Shown here: positions 24,568-36,747 of the stretch, piece after piece
Position numbering within the stretch: the first letter of the stretch is position 1
Layout of the letters: the number at the start of each line of letters is the position of its first letter
DNA from: Mobula hypostoma
Lineage: Eukaryota
Length of the DNA stretch: 64,000 bases
NCBI RefSeq assembly: GCF_963921235.1
Contig: NC_086108.1
Location: 24,366,001 to 24,430,000 of the forward strand
Reading direction: 5' to 3'
Translations under genes and position numbers: made by a program
The notes under the pieces: generated by a model
Databases searched by the model: none
Told to the model about the DNA's origin: nothing
Seen by the model: only the letters and a program-made list of their open reading frames with translations

Positions 24568-26547
24568 CTTTGTGGCCAAGTTTGTGAAAATACAGAGATA
24601 GGTGGAGGCGTAGATGGTGCTCAGGAAGCAGGGAGTAGGTACAAATAAGAAGGGAATAGACTATTTCATAAAATGGGAGAAAAATCAGAAATCAGAGCTG
24701 CAAAGCGATTTGGGAGTCCTTGTGCAGAATTCCCTAAAGCATAATTTGCAGGTTGGTTCTGTGATGATGCAGGCAAATGCAATGTTAACATTCATTTCAA
24801 GAGGACTAGATTATAAAAGCAAACAAGTAATGCTGAGGCATTATAAGGCATTGGTCAGACCACACTTGGAGTATTGTGAGCAGTTTTGGGCCCCTAAGAA
24901 TGGATGTGCTGGCATTGGAGAAAGTCCAGAGGAGATTCACAAAAATGATTCTGGGAATGAAAGGTTTATCATATGAGGAGCATTTGTTGGCTCTGGGCCT
25001 GTACTCACAGGAGTCTAGATGAATGGAGGAGCGGAGAGAAATCTCATTGAAACTTACTGAATATTGCAAGGCCTAGATAGAGTGGAGGTGGAGAGATTGT
25101 TTGCTATCGCAGGTGAGTCTAGAACAAGAGGGCACAGTCTCAGAATAGAGGGATGACCATTTCGAACAGATCAGAAGGAATTCTTTAAGCAGAGGGTAAT
25201 GAAACTGCAGAAATCATTACCATGTGTGGCTGTGAAGGCCAAGTCATTGAGTATATTTAAAGCAGAGGTTGATGGATTCTTGATTATTCAGGGAGTCTAA
25301 CGTCATGGGCTGGAGGCAGAAAAATGGGGTTGAGAGGGATAATAAATCGGCCATGAAGGAATGGCAGAGCAGACTTGATGGGCTGATTGTCCTCATTCTG
25401 CTCTGATGACTTATTGTTTTATGGTCTTATGATCCAGAAGGTGATTGGGTTAACTACCCAACCATCCTTCTCCAACTTCCTCACCCAGCAAAAAAGAAAA
25501 TTGTACCTTTCACTTTGCAGGCAATATATGGCTCTGAAGTAATTTGGAAAAGTAGTATTGTATGAAATGTTGCTATCAAATAAAGCAATCAAAAACATCA
25601 AAATGACAATATAATCTCCAACAATGATGCTAATGTAGGCTAAATAATGGCATATGTTCAGAAGAGTGTCATAGGTCCTACACCTGACAGCAGATGGAAC
25701 ATGGGCAACAATTGAAATGTTCCTGTTTACACAACCTCTTTAGGATGTCCATCAATATTCTCCTGGTAACTACAGAATAATATAGCCCCATTTTAGCCCT
25801 CAGTTGTCAATGCAACCTATTGGATATGATGACCAAATACACTGCTCCAGTCTATAGTTGAGCTCTTTTCATTCCTTGCAAAAGACTGTTTTTTTTCTTT
25901 CTATTGATCTGAGAATAGAGAAGACTGATATCAAGTCATCAATGAAACAGAAATAATGAGGGTGCTCAGTTAGTGTCACAACACATTTTCTTTACATTGA
26001 ATTTACTGGTCAAGAGCAAAGATACTTCCTGTTAACATGAAAACAAAAAAAAATGTCAATTATGCACAACGTTCTTTTAGCACCAGTATACAGCCCCTGT
26101 AAATGCTGAAGCAGGAGAAAAAATAACGTAATGAATTATCCTTTAATATGAGAAAATTAGTGGCCTAATGAAAGATACCATTCTGATGGCATAATGCTAA
26201 TACAGTAATGAACTAATATCAATAAACAATATTGTGCACTGTGTTAGAAATAAAACAGATAAATAATAATTGAGATAGTTGTGCTTTGACATAAGATAGA
26301 GTGAGTATACATGAGTTACAAATGGGTTTCTGTTACTTATCTGTAAAATAAATACAACCTTCAGTGAATCAATACCCAAGCAATCCAAAGGCATCAAACC
26401 CCTTCCACAGAGACAGTTTTACTCTGTCCTGGATAATATGCAGCTGATTTTCACATCACCCTCTTCCTTCTTTGCCAAACATGCATTTCCTATCTTGCCA
26501 AGGATCCAAAGTGAGCAACATGAGGGCACGACAAAGTACGGTACATT

Positions 26548-28242
26548 ACATAGAAACATAGAAACATAGAAACATAGAAAATAGTTGCAGGAGTAGGCCA
26601 TTCGGCTCTTCGAGCCTGCACCGCCATTTATTATGATCATGGCTGATCATCCAACTCAGAACCCCGCCCCAGCCTTCCCTCCATACCCCCTGACCCCTGT
26701 AGCCACAAGGGCCATATCTAACTCCCTCTTAAACATAGCCAATGAACTGGCCTCAACTGTTTCCTGTGGCAGAGAATTCCACAGATTCACCACTCTCCGC
26801 GTGAAGAAGTTTTTCCTAATCTCGGTCCTAAAAGGCTTCCCCTCTATCCTCAAACTGTGACCCCTCGTTCTGGACTTCCCCAACATCGGGAACAATCTTC
26901 CTGCATCTAGCCTGTCCAATCCCTTTAGGATCTTATACGTTTCAATCAGATCCCCCCTCAATCTTCTAAATTCCAACGAGTACAAGCCCAGTTCATCCAG
27001 TCTTTCTTCATATGAAAGTCCTGCCATCCCAGGAATCAATCTGGTGAACCTTCTTTGTACTCCCTCTAAGGCAAGGATGTCTTTCCTCAGATTAGGGGAC
27101 CAAAACTGCACACAATACTCTAGGTGTGGTCTCACCAAGGCCTTGTACAACTGCAGTAGTACCTCCCTGCTCCTGTACTCGAATCCCCTCACTATAAATG
27201 CCAGCATACCATTCGCCTTTTTCACCGCCTGCTGTACCTGCATGCCCACTTTCAATGACTGGTGTATAATGACACCCAGGTCTCGTTGCACCTCCCCTTT
27301 TCCTAATCGGCCACCATTCAGATAATAATCTGTTTTCCTATTTTTGCCACCAAAGTGGATAACTTCACATTTATCCACATTAAATTGCATCTGCCATGAA
27401 TTTGCCCACTCACCCAACCTATCCAAGTCACCCTGCATCCTCTTAGCATCCTCCTCACAGCTAACACTGCCACCCAGCTTCGTGTCATCCGCAAACTTGG
27501 AGATGCTGCATTTAATTCCCTCATCCAAGTCATTAATATATATTGTAAACAACTGGGGTCCCAGCACTGAGCCTTGCGGTACCCCACTAGTCACCGCCTC
27601 CCATTCTGAAAAGGTCCCGTTTATTCCCACTCTTTGCTTCCTGTCTGCTAACCAATTCTCCACCCACACCAATACCTTACCCCCAATAACGTGTGCTTTA
27701 AGTTTGCACACTAATCTCCTGTGTGGGACCTTGTCAAAAGCCTTTTGAAAATCCAAATATACCACATCCACTGGTTCTCCCCTATCCACTTTACTAGTTA
27801 CATCCTCAAAAAATTCTATGAGATTCATCAGACATGATTTTCCTTTCACAAATCCATGCTGACTTTGTCCGATCATTTCACCGCTTTCCAAATGTGCTGT
27901 TATCACATCCTTGATAACTGACTCCAGCAGTTTCCCCACCACCGATGTTAGGCTAACCGGTCTATAATTCCCCGGTTTCTCTCTCCCTCCTTTTTTAAAA
28001 AGTGGAGTTACATTAGCCACCCTCCAATCCTCAGGAACTAGTCCAGAATCTAACGAGTTTTGAAAAATTATCACTAATGCATCCACTATTTCTTGGGCTA
28101 CTTCCTTAAGCACTCTAGGATGCAGACCATCTGGCCCTGGGGATTTATCTGCCTTCAATCCCTTCAATTTACCTAACACCACTTCCCTACTAACATGTAT
28201 TTCACTCAGTTCCTCCATCTCACTGGACCCTCTGCCCCCTAC
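26548..28242 (-). mobile_element. Young 5'-truncated CR1 LINE
   Basis: (catagaaa)n tail at 26548-26580 and an uninterrupted ORF2 portion. Confidence 0.97.
26656..28218 (-). CDS. CR1 ORF2 reverse transcriptase, C-terminal 520 aa, open frame lacking the endonuclease
   Basis: KSPGPDGLHP, NYRPVSLTS, YLDFQKAFDKVPH, GVPQGSVLGP, FADDTKL. Confidence 0.95.
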   Translation of the reverse strand: MEELSEIHVSREVVLGKLKGLKADKSPGPDGLHPRVLKEVAQEIVDALVIIFQNSLDSGLVPEDWRVANVTPLFKKGGREKPGNYRPVSLTSVVGKLLESVIKDVITAHLESGEMIGQSQHGFVKGKSCLMNLIEFFEDVTSKVDRGEPVDVVYLDFQKAFDKVPHRRLVCKLKAHVIGGKVLVWVENWLADRKQRVGINGTFSEWEAVTSGVPQGSVLGPQLFTIYINDLDEGIKCSISKFADDTKLGGSVSCEEDAKRMQGDLDRLGEWANSWQMQFNVDKCEVIHFGGKNRKTDYYLNGGRLGKGEVQRDLGVIIHQSLKVGMQVQQAVKKANGMLAFIVRGFEYRSREVLLQLYKALVRPHLEYCVQFWSPNLRKDILALEGVQRRFTRLIPGMAGLSYEERLDELGLYSLEFRRLRGDLIETYKILKGLDRLDAGRLFPMLGKSRTRGHSLRIEGKPFRTEIRKNFFTRRVVNLWNSLPQETVEASSLAMFKRELDMALVATGVRGYGGKAGAGF

Positions 28243-28334
28243 ATATGCTACCTGAGCATGTAAATTAAACTATAAACATATTGTGTCGTGCAAGTTATGT
28301 GTAATTTATGTTAATCTTATGTCATTTACATTTG

Positions 28335-28940
28335 ACTTAGGCCAGAGGCTCTGCTTCCCAACTGAAATCGCGGGAACCAACCTCAGACCAGAACTTGTGC
28401 TTTGGTCGGCCTCACTCCATCTCATTTACATCCTCGAGCTTACAGCAGCCTGGGAAGATGCAGTGGAGGAGGCCTACGAGCACAAGAAGCTGAGGTATAC
28501 TGAGCTTGAAACCGATGTGCAACAACGTGGCTGGAAAGCAAGGGTCCGACTGGTCGAAGTAGGCTGCAAAGGATTTGTAGCCACATCAAGATCAAGGCTA
28601 CTCCGGGAGTTGGGAGTGCGAGGGAAGACACACCGACAAGCAGTCAAAGACCTCTCTCGAGCTGCTGAAAAGGGTAGTCAGTGGCTCTGGATGAAGAGAA
28701 AGGATTCCATCTGGGCCCCCAAGTGAGTGAAAGGCATCTAGGGGGTGAGCTCGGGACGCCGGGATTCACTGCTGAACCCTCCGGAGGAGTCGTGGGCCTA
28801 TCAGCGAAACACTGAGGAAAGAGGGTGCCCACTTGATAACCCAGAAGATGCCACCACTCACTTGGCCACCCCACAGAGTCTAGGCAGCAGGTCTCAGGTG
28901 CACAAATAAGGGATATTAACATCTAGTCCTACATAACATA
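28335..28940 (+). mobile_element. HERO-like (R2 group) non-LTR retrotransposon 3' end: restriction-like endonuclease + 3' UTR
   Basis: LRPELVLWS...ILELTAAWED...EAYEHKKLRYTEL...GWK...VEVGCKGF...SQWLWMKR, matching the RPD...ELT.PWE...K..KY RLE pattern; stop at 28726. Confidence 0.85.
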
Positions 28941-29614
28941 CCATCCTGTTAGTAATGTATTGAACTTTTACTGCAATAAAATAGTTTTCTTGGCATTTAT
29001 GACATGGGTATGTGTGTCCCTGACAATAAACCTGAACTATATTCTTCACAAACGATCCCCTCATCGGTCATTCACAAAACAACAATGATTGTGTACAATT
29101 TCACAACACACTTGCATGTACCAACTTTATTTTTAAAACTAACCATGCCGAAACGTCAAATGTACTAACTCTATCCAGCTTATGTCTTATAGGAAAATAG
29201 CAGTAGGCCATTTGGTACCACATATTTGGCTCCACCATGAGGAATGATTGTGGCTGACCCTTCATCTCAGTGTCACTGTCCTGCACTAATCTCATATGCT
29301 TAGCTTTGCTTACTGTTTAAAATAATTATTATCTGCCTTGAGTATAGGGAATGACTGTCCGTAGAGCAGAGGATCCAAATATTTGTTTTTCATCTTGCTT
29401 CCTTCCTAAATGGGCGGCCACTTGTTTTGAGATGTTGACCCCTGGTTCAGAACATCTCAGCCAGGGCAAACATGATCCCTATTCTGTAATAGTTCTCTAA
29501 TATAGAAGATTTAGTTCAAAACCTGGGAAATAATGTAGTCACTTCAAATGCAGATTTTCATCTAAATATCTGCTCCTGCAAATAACAGAGGGTTATTTTA
29601 TCTTGAGATAGGAT

Positions 29615-30045
29615 TTACCAGGATTTAAGTTTATAAGGATATTGCCAGCACTAGAGAACATGGGTTATAGGGAAAGTTTGAATTGGTTAGGACTTTGATC
29701 CCTAGAACACAGAAGAATGAGGGGAGCTTTGAGAGAGGTATACAAAATTATGAGGGGTATAGGTAAGGTAAGCACAAGCAACGATTTTTCCACCAAGGTT
29801 TGATAAGACTAGAACTAGAAGTCATAGGTGAAGTATAAAAGATGGAATGTTCAAGGAGAACATGAGGATGGTGAAAGTGTATTATGAGTTGCCAGTGGAA
29901 GTGGCGGATGTGGATGCCGGTTCGATTTCAACATTTAAGAATGTTTTGGGTAGGTACATGGAGCGATCTGGGTGCAGGTCGATGAGACCAGCAAGTTTTG
30001 CATTGACTAGATGGGCCAAAGAGCCTGTTTCTGTGCTGTACAGTT
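29615..30045 (+). mobile_element. Old CR1 3' end
   Basis: agaagaatgaggggagct...gtatacaaaattatgagggg...gggccaaagagcctgtttctgtgctgta. Confidence 0.8.
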
Positions 30046-31569
30046 CTCTGGCTCTGTTGGGGGAAGCTGACGACTCAATTTCTATCGCATCGGGAAGTCT
30101 ACAGAAGGTTAAATTACTCACGATAATTACACTGAGGAGTTAAACCTTTACAAGGTTTTCAGACAGTGAAAGGGACAAATTTTGAGCAAGATAATTTAGC
30201 CTGTTGAGGAGTGTTTTACATTTATTTTCCAGGTGTTAAGACAATGTATTGTATATTACTGCTTACAGCTAATTTTAAATTAATTTAATGCTTTCCTGAA
30301 TGAACAGACTGTCAAGAAGTACCACAGCACTCAGTACCTTCACAGTGCATGGAGGGCACCTCATACAATTAAAATAATTGTTGTTCTAGGATATCACGTA
30401 CCAGAGATATATCAGCTTGAGTTATAAATATGTAAAAGGATTCAGTTTCTTATCAGCATTAATTAAAGATTTGAGAGAATTCCGTTAAGAATATGACTCA
30501 TTCCATTGGTTAAGATGGGAAGTGAAATATTGATAAAACTATCTCTGTCAATGCTCAGTATATGAGGGATTACTGCAGATTCCTTATCTGTACTCAAAAA
30601 TGAGTTAAAGTACTTTATGATGCCTGTAGTTCAGGGCTCAAGGGAATCATATAAATCTGAAAATCCAATTAAAGAAAATGAAGCACTCACTCTTGAAACA
30701 GATGGCTCAAGTGGGATGTATTTATTAGCTAATCTATAAAATTCTACATTGCATCTGCCAAAGTATCCCACATGTCAACACTTCATTGGCAAAACGTTCA
30801 TCAGCTGGGCATGTATCAAATACGTAAATAAATTATTGTGTCTAATGAATTTAACATCAGAAATGCTTGTTTATACAATTGAATGGTGTTGACCTTTTCA
30901 GATTGTCGTCTGACCTTTTGACACTATTGCATACATCTGCATTGAATAATGTCACTCGTTCACACCTGTGGTATGGGTGCAGAAGAGGACTCTTAAATGC
31001 TTCTCTAATTCTCAAATGCATTATCCAATTATAGAATACAAGGCTCTGATAGAGGAGTGTTAATCGGATGTATCATTTGTATCATAGAATGCCATGCTCT
31101 TCTGTTCTATTAGGTGCAAGTATACTTTACTATAGATCTGTCCTTTTTGAATGAGCAAAAGTAAAAGCAGTCAGTTTCATCTACAATTTTTAACTGGTTG
31201 ATACATTAATAGCCTTTTTTTTACAATTAATGTGATAGGTTGTATTTTATGTGTTTTTGTAACTGCTTATAAAATTGGCAATAAAGTTCAATTCAATCAC
31301 TATTGTTTATACACGGGGTAAGACAGAAGACATGAATAAAGAGATGATTGCTATTGTTGAGTAGTTGAATGGAATTTGTTTTTCCCTCAATGCGGATAAA
31401 TCATACCAGGTTGTGAATATGGCTGCTGATGGTCAAAATAAGCACCATCATGGAAGCAAATTCAAAGCAGGACTCGCCATATTTAAAAAAAAGAATACTT
31501 ACTGAAAGGCTGGTTTAGAAAACAGAACCTTAAGAACACTGAAATTGAGCAAAAGGAACAGGACAAAAG

Positions 31570-31671
31570 CAGCAACATACACAAAATGTTGGAAGAACTC
31601 AGCAGGCCAGGCAGCATTTTGTGCGTGTTTTACTTTGGATTCTCAGCATCTGCAAATTTTCTCGTGTTTTG
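31570..31671. mobile_element. ~100-bp inverted PLE 3'-end mini-insertion with 10-bp TSD
   Basis: Minus arm cacaaaatgttggaagaactcagcaggccaggcag fused to plus arm cattttgtgcgtgtt...cagcatctgcaaattttctcgtgttt; flanks aggacaaaag (31560-31569) and aggacagaag (31672-31681). Confidence 0.75.
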
Positions 31672-32999
31672 AGGACAGAAGGAAGCAGAATTAGATGAAC
31701 TGCAATGCAGGGAGTTCTGGGTCCATTCAATATCACAGAAGGAAGATTTCAGGAGTCTCATTTTAGTGCAATATACAGATGGAGAGAGAGAGAGAAAAAG
31801 AAAGAAAAGGACTTGCAATTTCAAGACATCCCAGAATGCTCCACAAAGAATGGTCAATCTTCAGCACTACAGACTCAGTACAATACTGTTTGGCATGGCA
31901 TCGGTGCACAAGTCTTTCCTGGGAGGTGTTTGAATGCTGTCAACTGAACCACAGCTAACATGATTACAAAAGAGACAATGTAGCCTTGCCTGTAAGCAAA
32001 ACCATGAGGTATCAATTGGTTTCTAATAATTTTCTTTTGAATCTTAATTAATTTTTAAGGCAGATTTTAAATGTTAAATTTGTCGCTTAGAACTTAGAGC
32101 CTAACTTGATCAGTAGGCAAGACGTAGCTGCCAGAGCAAATGGCATGCAATGTAAAATCATAAAGCACGATGACTCCATGACAAACCTAACCCCGTCATC
32201 CTCAAGGGTGATCTATGTTCATGAGCACAGTATAAGCTGCCATATCTTCTGTAAAAGCATCATGATATATGATTTCAGCAGGCCCTTCGACACCACTCAA
32301 TAAATATTAAATTAATACTTGTGGTTATGGCTCCAAGCTCTGTATTGAGTAATGCTGTAATGAAAATCAGTGGGATAAAAATTTTTGAAATGATTAATTT
32401 TCAACTTTTCTTTTAACTTGCGACACTAGCTTTGTAAAACTGATCAAACAAGCTTTGACTGCAATCACTACTGGGCAATTTTCAACAGAAGCTGAAAATT
32501 CACTAAAAAAGACTTTTTATTCAAATATATGCCCATACAATTGGTTTAATATAAGTTGGGGGAAGCAATGTCTTGAGTTTGGTTAATAAAAGTCCCGAGA
32601 TGCAAGTCAGTATTGATTCATAAAATGATGATAGCAAAGTTTTAAGCTCACCATGTATACAGCATGTACCTAGCACTCTTCTTTGCACACTTCAAAATCC
32701 AAATTTAAAATGTTCCTGATCATACATTATCAAATCTGATGTGTAATGGCCACCCATCACAATCACTCTGAGTATTTTTGTGTTTCTTGCAAACACAGGG
32801 ATTGACTGAAAGATACCCTGTCTTTGCAACTAATACCTATAGACCAGTACAGCTTTAAAAAAACTGTGGGCGTTTAGGTGGAATTCTCAATGTATTATAT
32901 AAGGCCCAAACTGGCAGATAATTTTAACAAATGTATGACAAACATATCTACTAGAGCATGGGGCGGGGAGAAGTTTTGCAAAAGTGTGTGTCTGCGAGG

Positions 33000-33068
33000 G
33001 AGATAGAGACAAAGAGATAGAGATAGAGAGGGACAGAGACAGAGAGAGACAAGAGACAGATAGACAGA
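33000..33068. repeat. Imperfect (GAGAYA)n / GA-rich microsatellite
   Basis: gagatagagacaaagagatagagatagagagggacagagacagagagagac. Confidence 0.85.
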
Positions 33069-33299
33069 TGGGGGTCTGGGGAGAGCCAATATCCACTATT
33101 TGGGTGGTAGGTCCCCCCTCTCTACCAAAGAGGAGATACTTCCAGCAAACAAGGTACTTTAACACAGTTTATGTTATTTTAATGTTAGATGTTAAAATTT
33201 AGACAAATACAGTAGTTCTTTACACGTATTTAAACTCAGAGGATTTGTGATTTATAATAGATTTTCAAATTAGAAAAGATTTATAAGCTACAAGAGACT

Positions 33300-33500
33300 A
33301 AGGATAAAGGGAAACCCTATTCCTGTTATGACAGTGGGAAGATGTAGTGATGGCAGATATGTGGGAAATAGAGGAGAAGTAGGTGAGGGTAACATCAATG
33401 GTGGTGGAAGGGACAACCCTGTTGTTTGAAAAAGGAGGACATCTCAGATGTTCTAGAATGGGAAGCCTCATTCTGAGAACAGATACAGATGAAGAAATAA
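33300..33500 (-). mobile_element. PLE fragment
   Basis: Homologous to 13470-13590 (gatggtggtggaagg...ggaggacatctc...gcctcattctgag). Confidence 0.75.
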
Positions 33501-33644
33501 AAGACACACCGACAAGCAGTCAAAGACCTCTCCAGAGCTGCTGAAAAGGGTAGTCAGTGGCTCTGGATGAAGAGAAAGGATTCCATCTGGGCCCCCAAGT
33601 GATCCCCACACAGGTACTGGAAATAATAGGAAAGGCAAGTGGGT

Positions 33645-34665
33645 CCGCAGCATCGAGGACATCTTCAGAAGGCAATTCCTTAAAAAGGTGGCATCCATTA
33701 CTAAGGACCCCCATCACCCAGGACATGCTTTCCTCTCATTACTACCATCAAGGAGGAGATACAGGAGCCTGAAGACATACATTCAATGTTTCACAAGGAG
33801 CTTCTTCCCTTCCATCATCAGTTTTCTGGATAGACAATGAGCCCATGAATGCTATCTCAGTATTTTCCTCCTCTCTTTTTGCACTATAATTTAATTTTCT
33901 TCTTTATATAGACATTGTAATTTATGGTTTTTATTATTGTGAACTGAAATATATAGCTGCCGCAAAACAGCAGATTTCATGACATATGTCTGTGATATTA
34001 AAGCTGATTAAGAAAGTTATAAAAGGTCGAGGTATGATCTCCAGAAAGCCATCTGATAGGCAAAGTGGTAAATCCAGACTAAATATGAATCACTGAAGGA
34101 TGTTTAACAGTTGTGGCAGGCCTTGAATGCTATCGCCACAAATAAAGTAAAATCAAGCAATATGGATGACTACATGGCTTCACTTTCAGATGAGCTCAAT
34201 GCCTTCTATGCTCACTTTGACTATCAAAATATGGAGGAATCACCAGAAACTCCCACAGCCCCTGATGATCCTGTGATTTCAGTCTCCAAGTCCAACTTCA
34301 GGAGGATGAACCCACAAGAAGCATCCAACCCAGACAGGGTACCTGGCCCAGTACTAATGACCTGTGCTTATAAACTGGCTGGAGTGTTCACTGAGATCTT
34401 TAACCTCTCACTTTGACAGGTTGATGATGAAGCATATCAACTTCTGCCTGAGGAGTGACTTGGATCCACTCCAATTTGCCTACTGGCTCAACAGGTCCAC
34501 AGCAGATGGATGTGCAAGTTGGTACGGTCTTTCATTGATTCTATTATGGTTATTATTCTATTGTGAATTCATTGAGTATGCCTACAATAAAATGAAACTC
34601 TGTGTTGTTTATGGTGACATATCTGTACTTAGACAATACATTTACTTTAAACTTTGATTCTGATT
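33645..34665 (+). mobile_element. Rex-Babar-type LINE fragments (two 3' ends, one internally deleted)
   Basis: WQALNAI, SDELNAFYAHFD, LAGVFTEIFNLSL, LDPLQFAYWLNRSTAD, tail actttaaactttgattctgattctga. Confidence 0.8.
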
Positions 34666-34729
34666 CTGAAGTAGAGAATAGCCTCTTTGCAAGTGAAATG
34701 ATGGGAAGATGTATAATGAGCTTACCCTC

Positions 34730-34902
34730 ACCCATCATCTACTTGCTTGTACACCTTCATCTCCCCCCAACTTTAATCTGGCCTCCGACCCCGTCCTTTC
34801 CAGCCTCGATGAAGGGTTTCAGCCTGAAACATTCGCTGTTCATTTCTCTCCATTTACACTGCCATCTTGCTGAATTCCTCCCAGCATTTAGTGCGTGTTG
34901 CT
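34730..34902 (+). mobile_element. PLE 3'-repeat fragment
   Basis: gatgaagggtttcagcctgaaac...tgctgaattcctcccagcatttagtgcgtgttgc. Confidence 0.65.
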
Positions 34903-36747
34903 AGCCATCAAAAATTGTAAGACTTTGAAGACTACTAGAGATTCACAGAAGATAGGGATCTGACAGCAAAGAGGATTTGAGGCATGGGGTAACCCATGAT
35001 CCGACTGAATGCTGGAAATGAAGAGATTGTGCGTCTTATTCTGGTCTACATTTCCCCTTATTTCTGAAAAAAAAAACGGGTGACTGTTGTCTCAGAAAAT
35101 AGAGAGGGAAGGAAGGCATGAAAGATGGGAGTCATGCAGTGAGGGAACTAAATCTGTGGAACAATGATTATCTGAAAACAAAAATTAGATATCTTCTGAT
35201 AGCAAATAAAGCTGCTGAATTGTAATTTTTATGGCAGTAACTGGATTACAGGAAGAATCATAATCCAGCTGTCTCAATATATCAATGGGAAAGGATAATA
35301 TATTTTTGCTCACAGTTATACTGAATAATACAAGGCTTATTGCTACAGGATAGTGACAGGGCTGTTGTCTTATTCTGTATCCACTGAATGTCTGTATACT
35401 TTCAATGTACATTGACAAATCTGTGTGAACTGGCCAAAGCAACTGATCATCCCACATTGCACAGAAGATAATGACAATACTGGGAGAAGTTTAAAATCTA
35501 TCCAGTCATGCTAGATGGCAGATATAATATCCAATTTATGTGGAATAAAGATTACCATGAGCAGGATACTTAATTATTGTTGCGTGAAGTCTTATCCGTA
35601 CTGTTGAACTGCTGCAGGCTACAGGACAGAGAGTTCAATACATAAAGGACAGAAAATTCACACGCAGGTACTGGAAATAACTGGAAAGGCAAACTGAAAA
35701 TTGATCTTTGTGATCAGAGTATAGAATATAAATGTAAAGAAATCATGCTACAAATACAAAGGACATAGGTGAGATGACAGCTGAAGCTTGGTGTTCAAAA
35801 GTTTCTTCATAGTCTCGCTGTCATAGAGAGAGGAGTGACCATCCTGGAAAATTAGCAAAATTGGCTCTTGCCTTAGATTTCAACACCCTGTCTTTTCAGT
35901 CTATCTTGGCTGGCATTTAAATTGACCAAACAACAGAAAAACAAAAGGGTCCAGCATCCAGGAGAGAGGAGCGAACATCGCCAACAGCGAGCGAAATCAG
36001 CTCTTGCAACTGATCTGGGCTGGCATTTAAATTGTCTAAACAGCAGATTGTACCTCTCTGTAGAACCTGGCTACTGCAAAGGACTCGGGCCTAGGTCATG
36101 CTGCCCAACAACTCACTCTGGGGCTAGATTTCGCTGCCCAACCCAAAGCTGGTCTCCTCTTCAAATCAGATCAGTGCCCAGATGGTTGTACGGGCATCGG
36201 AACTCCAACTACAGCAATTCTGCAACACACCAACTCAGCTCATCTCCTAAACTCACCTCGACATCGCTCACCCGTTCACTGTCTGCGGTGATAATTTAAC
36301 ACAATTTAACTCAGAAAAGGTATTCTGAGATGCTGACAAAGCTTATGCCTGAACTGAATGGCAAATTAATTAAACAGAATTGGACTCTGGTTCAGCTGTT
36401 CCAGTCATTCCACAAATGAGTCTGAGAGGCATTTCAAAGGTACTGAACCGAAGCCTGCAGATATCCAAGTAAGAATCTATACTGGAGAAGAAATAGGTCA
36501 TGTGGGAATGATATTCATAACAATAAAATCCAACAACCAACAAGCCACATTGAGCTTGTTTGTGGTAAAAACTGAAGCACGGGCATTGTGGGGGCATCAT
36601 CAGCTGAGACTAGATTGAATCCACAATTTGCTTGTCACATCCCTTGCAATGAAGCCATTTGACAGAGAATCAATAAGGGTACTGGATGATGCCATAACTA
36701 TCTTCATGCTGAATACCATGAACCGTTGCCCAACAGAGGGCAAACAG

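Larger units (their letters stand above)
21560..25430 (+). mobile_element. Old, long CR1 LINE (ORF2 endonuclease + RT + 3' UTR) with two nested inserts
   Basis: GDFN-type motif at 22305, MADELNKYFAS, GESCLTNCLEFF, LVRPHLEYCEQFWAP and CR1 3' UTR. Confidence 0.9.

Noticed and set aside
28806..28818. GAAA followed by CTGAGGA as a hammerhead core in the HERO 3' UTR
   Set aside because: Only 2 nt separate the motifs, leaving no room for stems I and III or a cleavage triplet.
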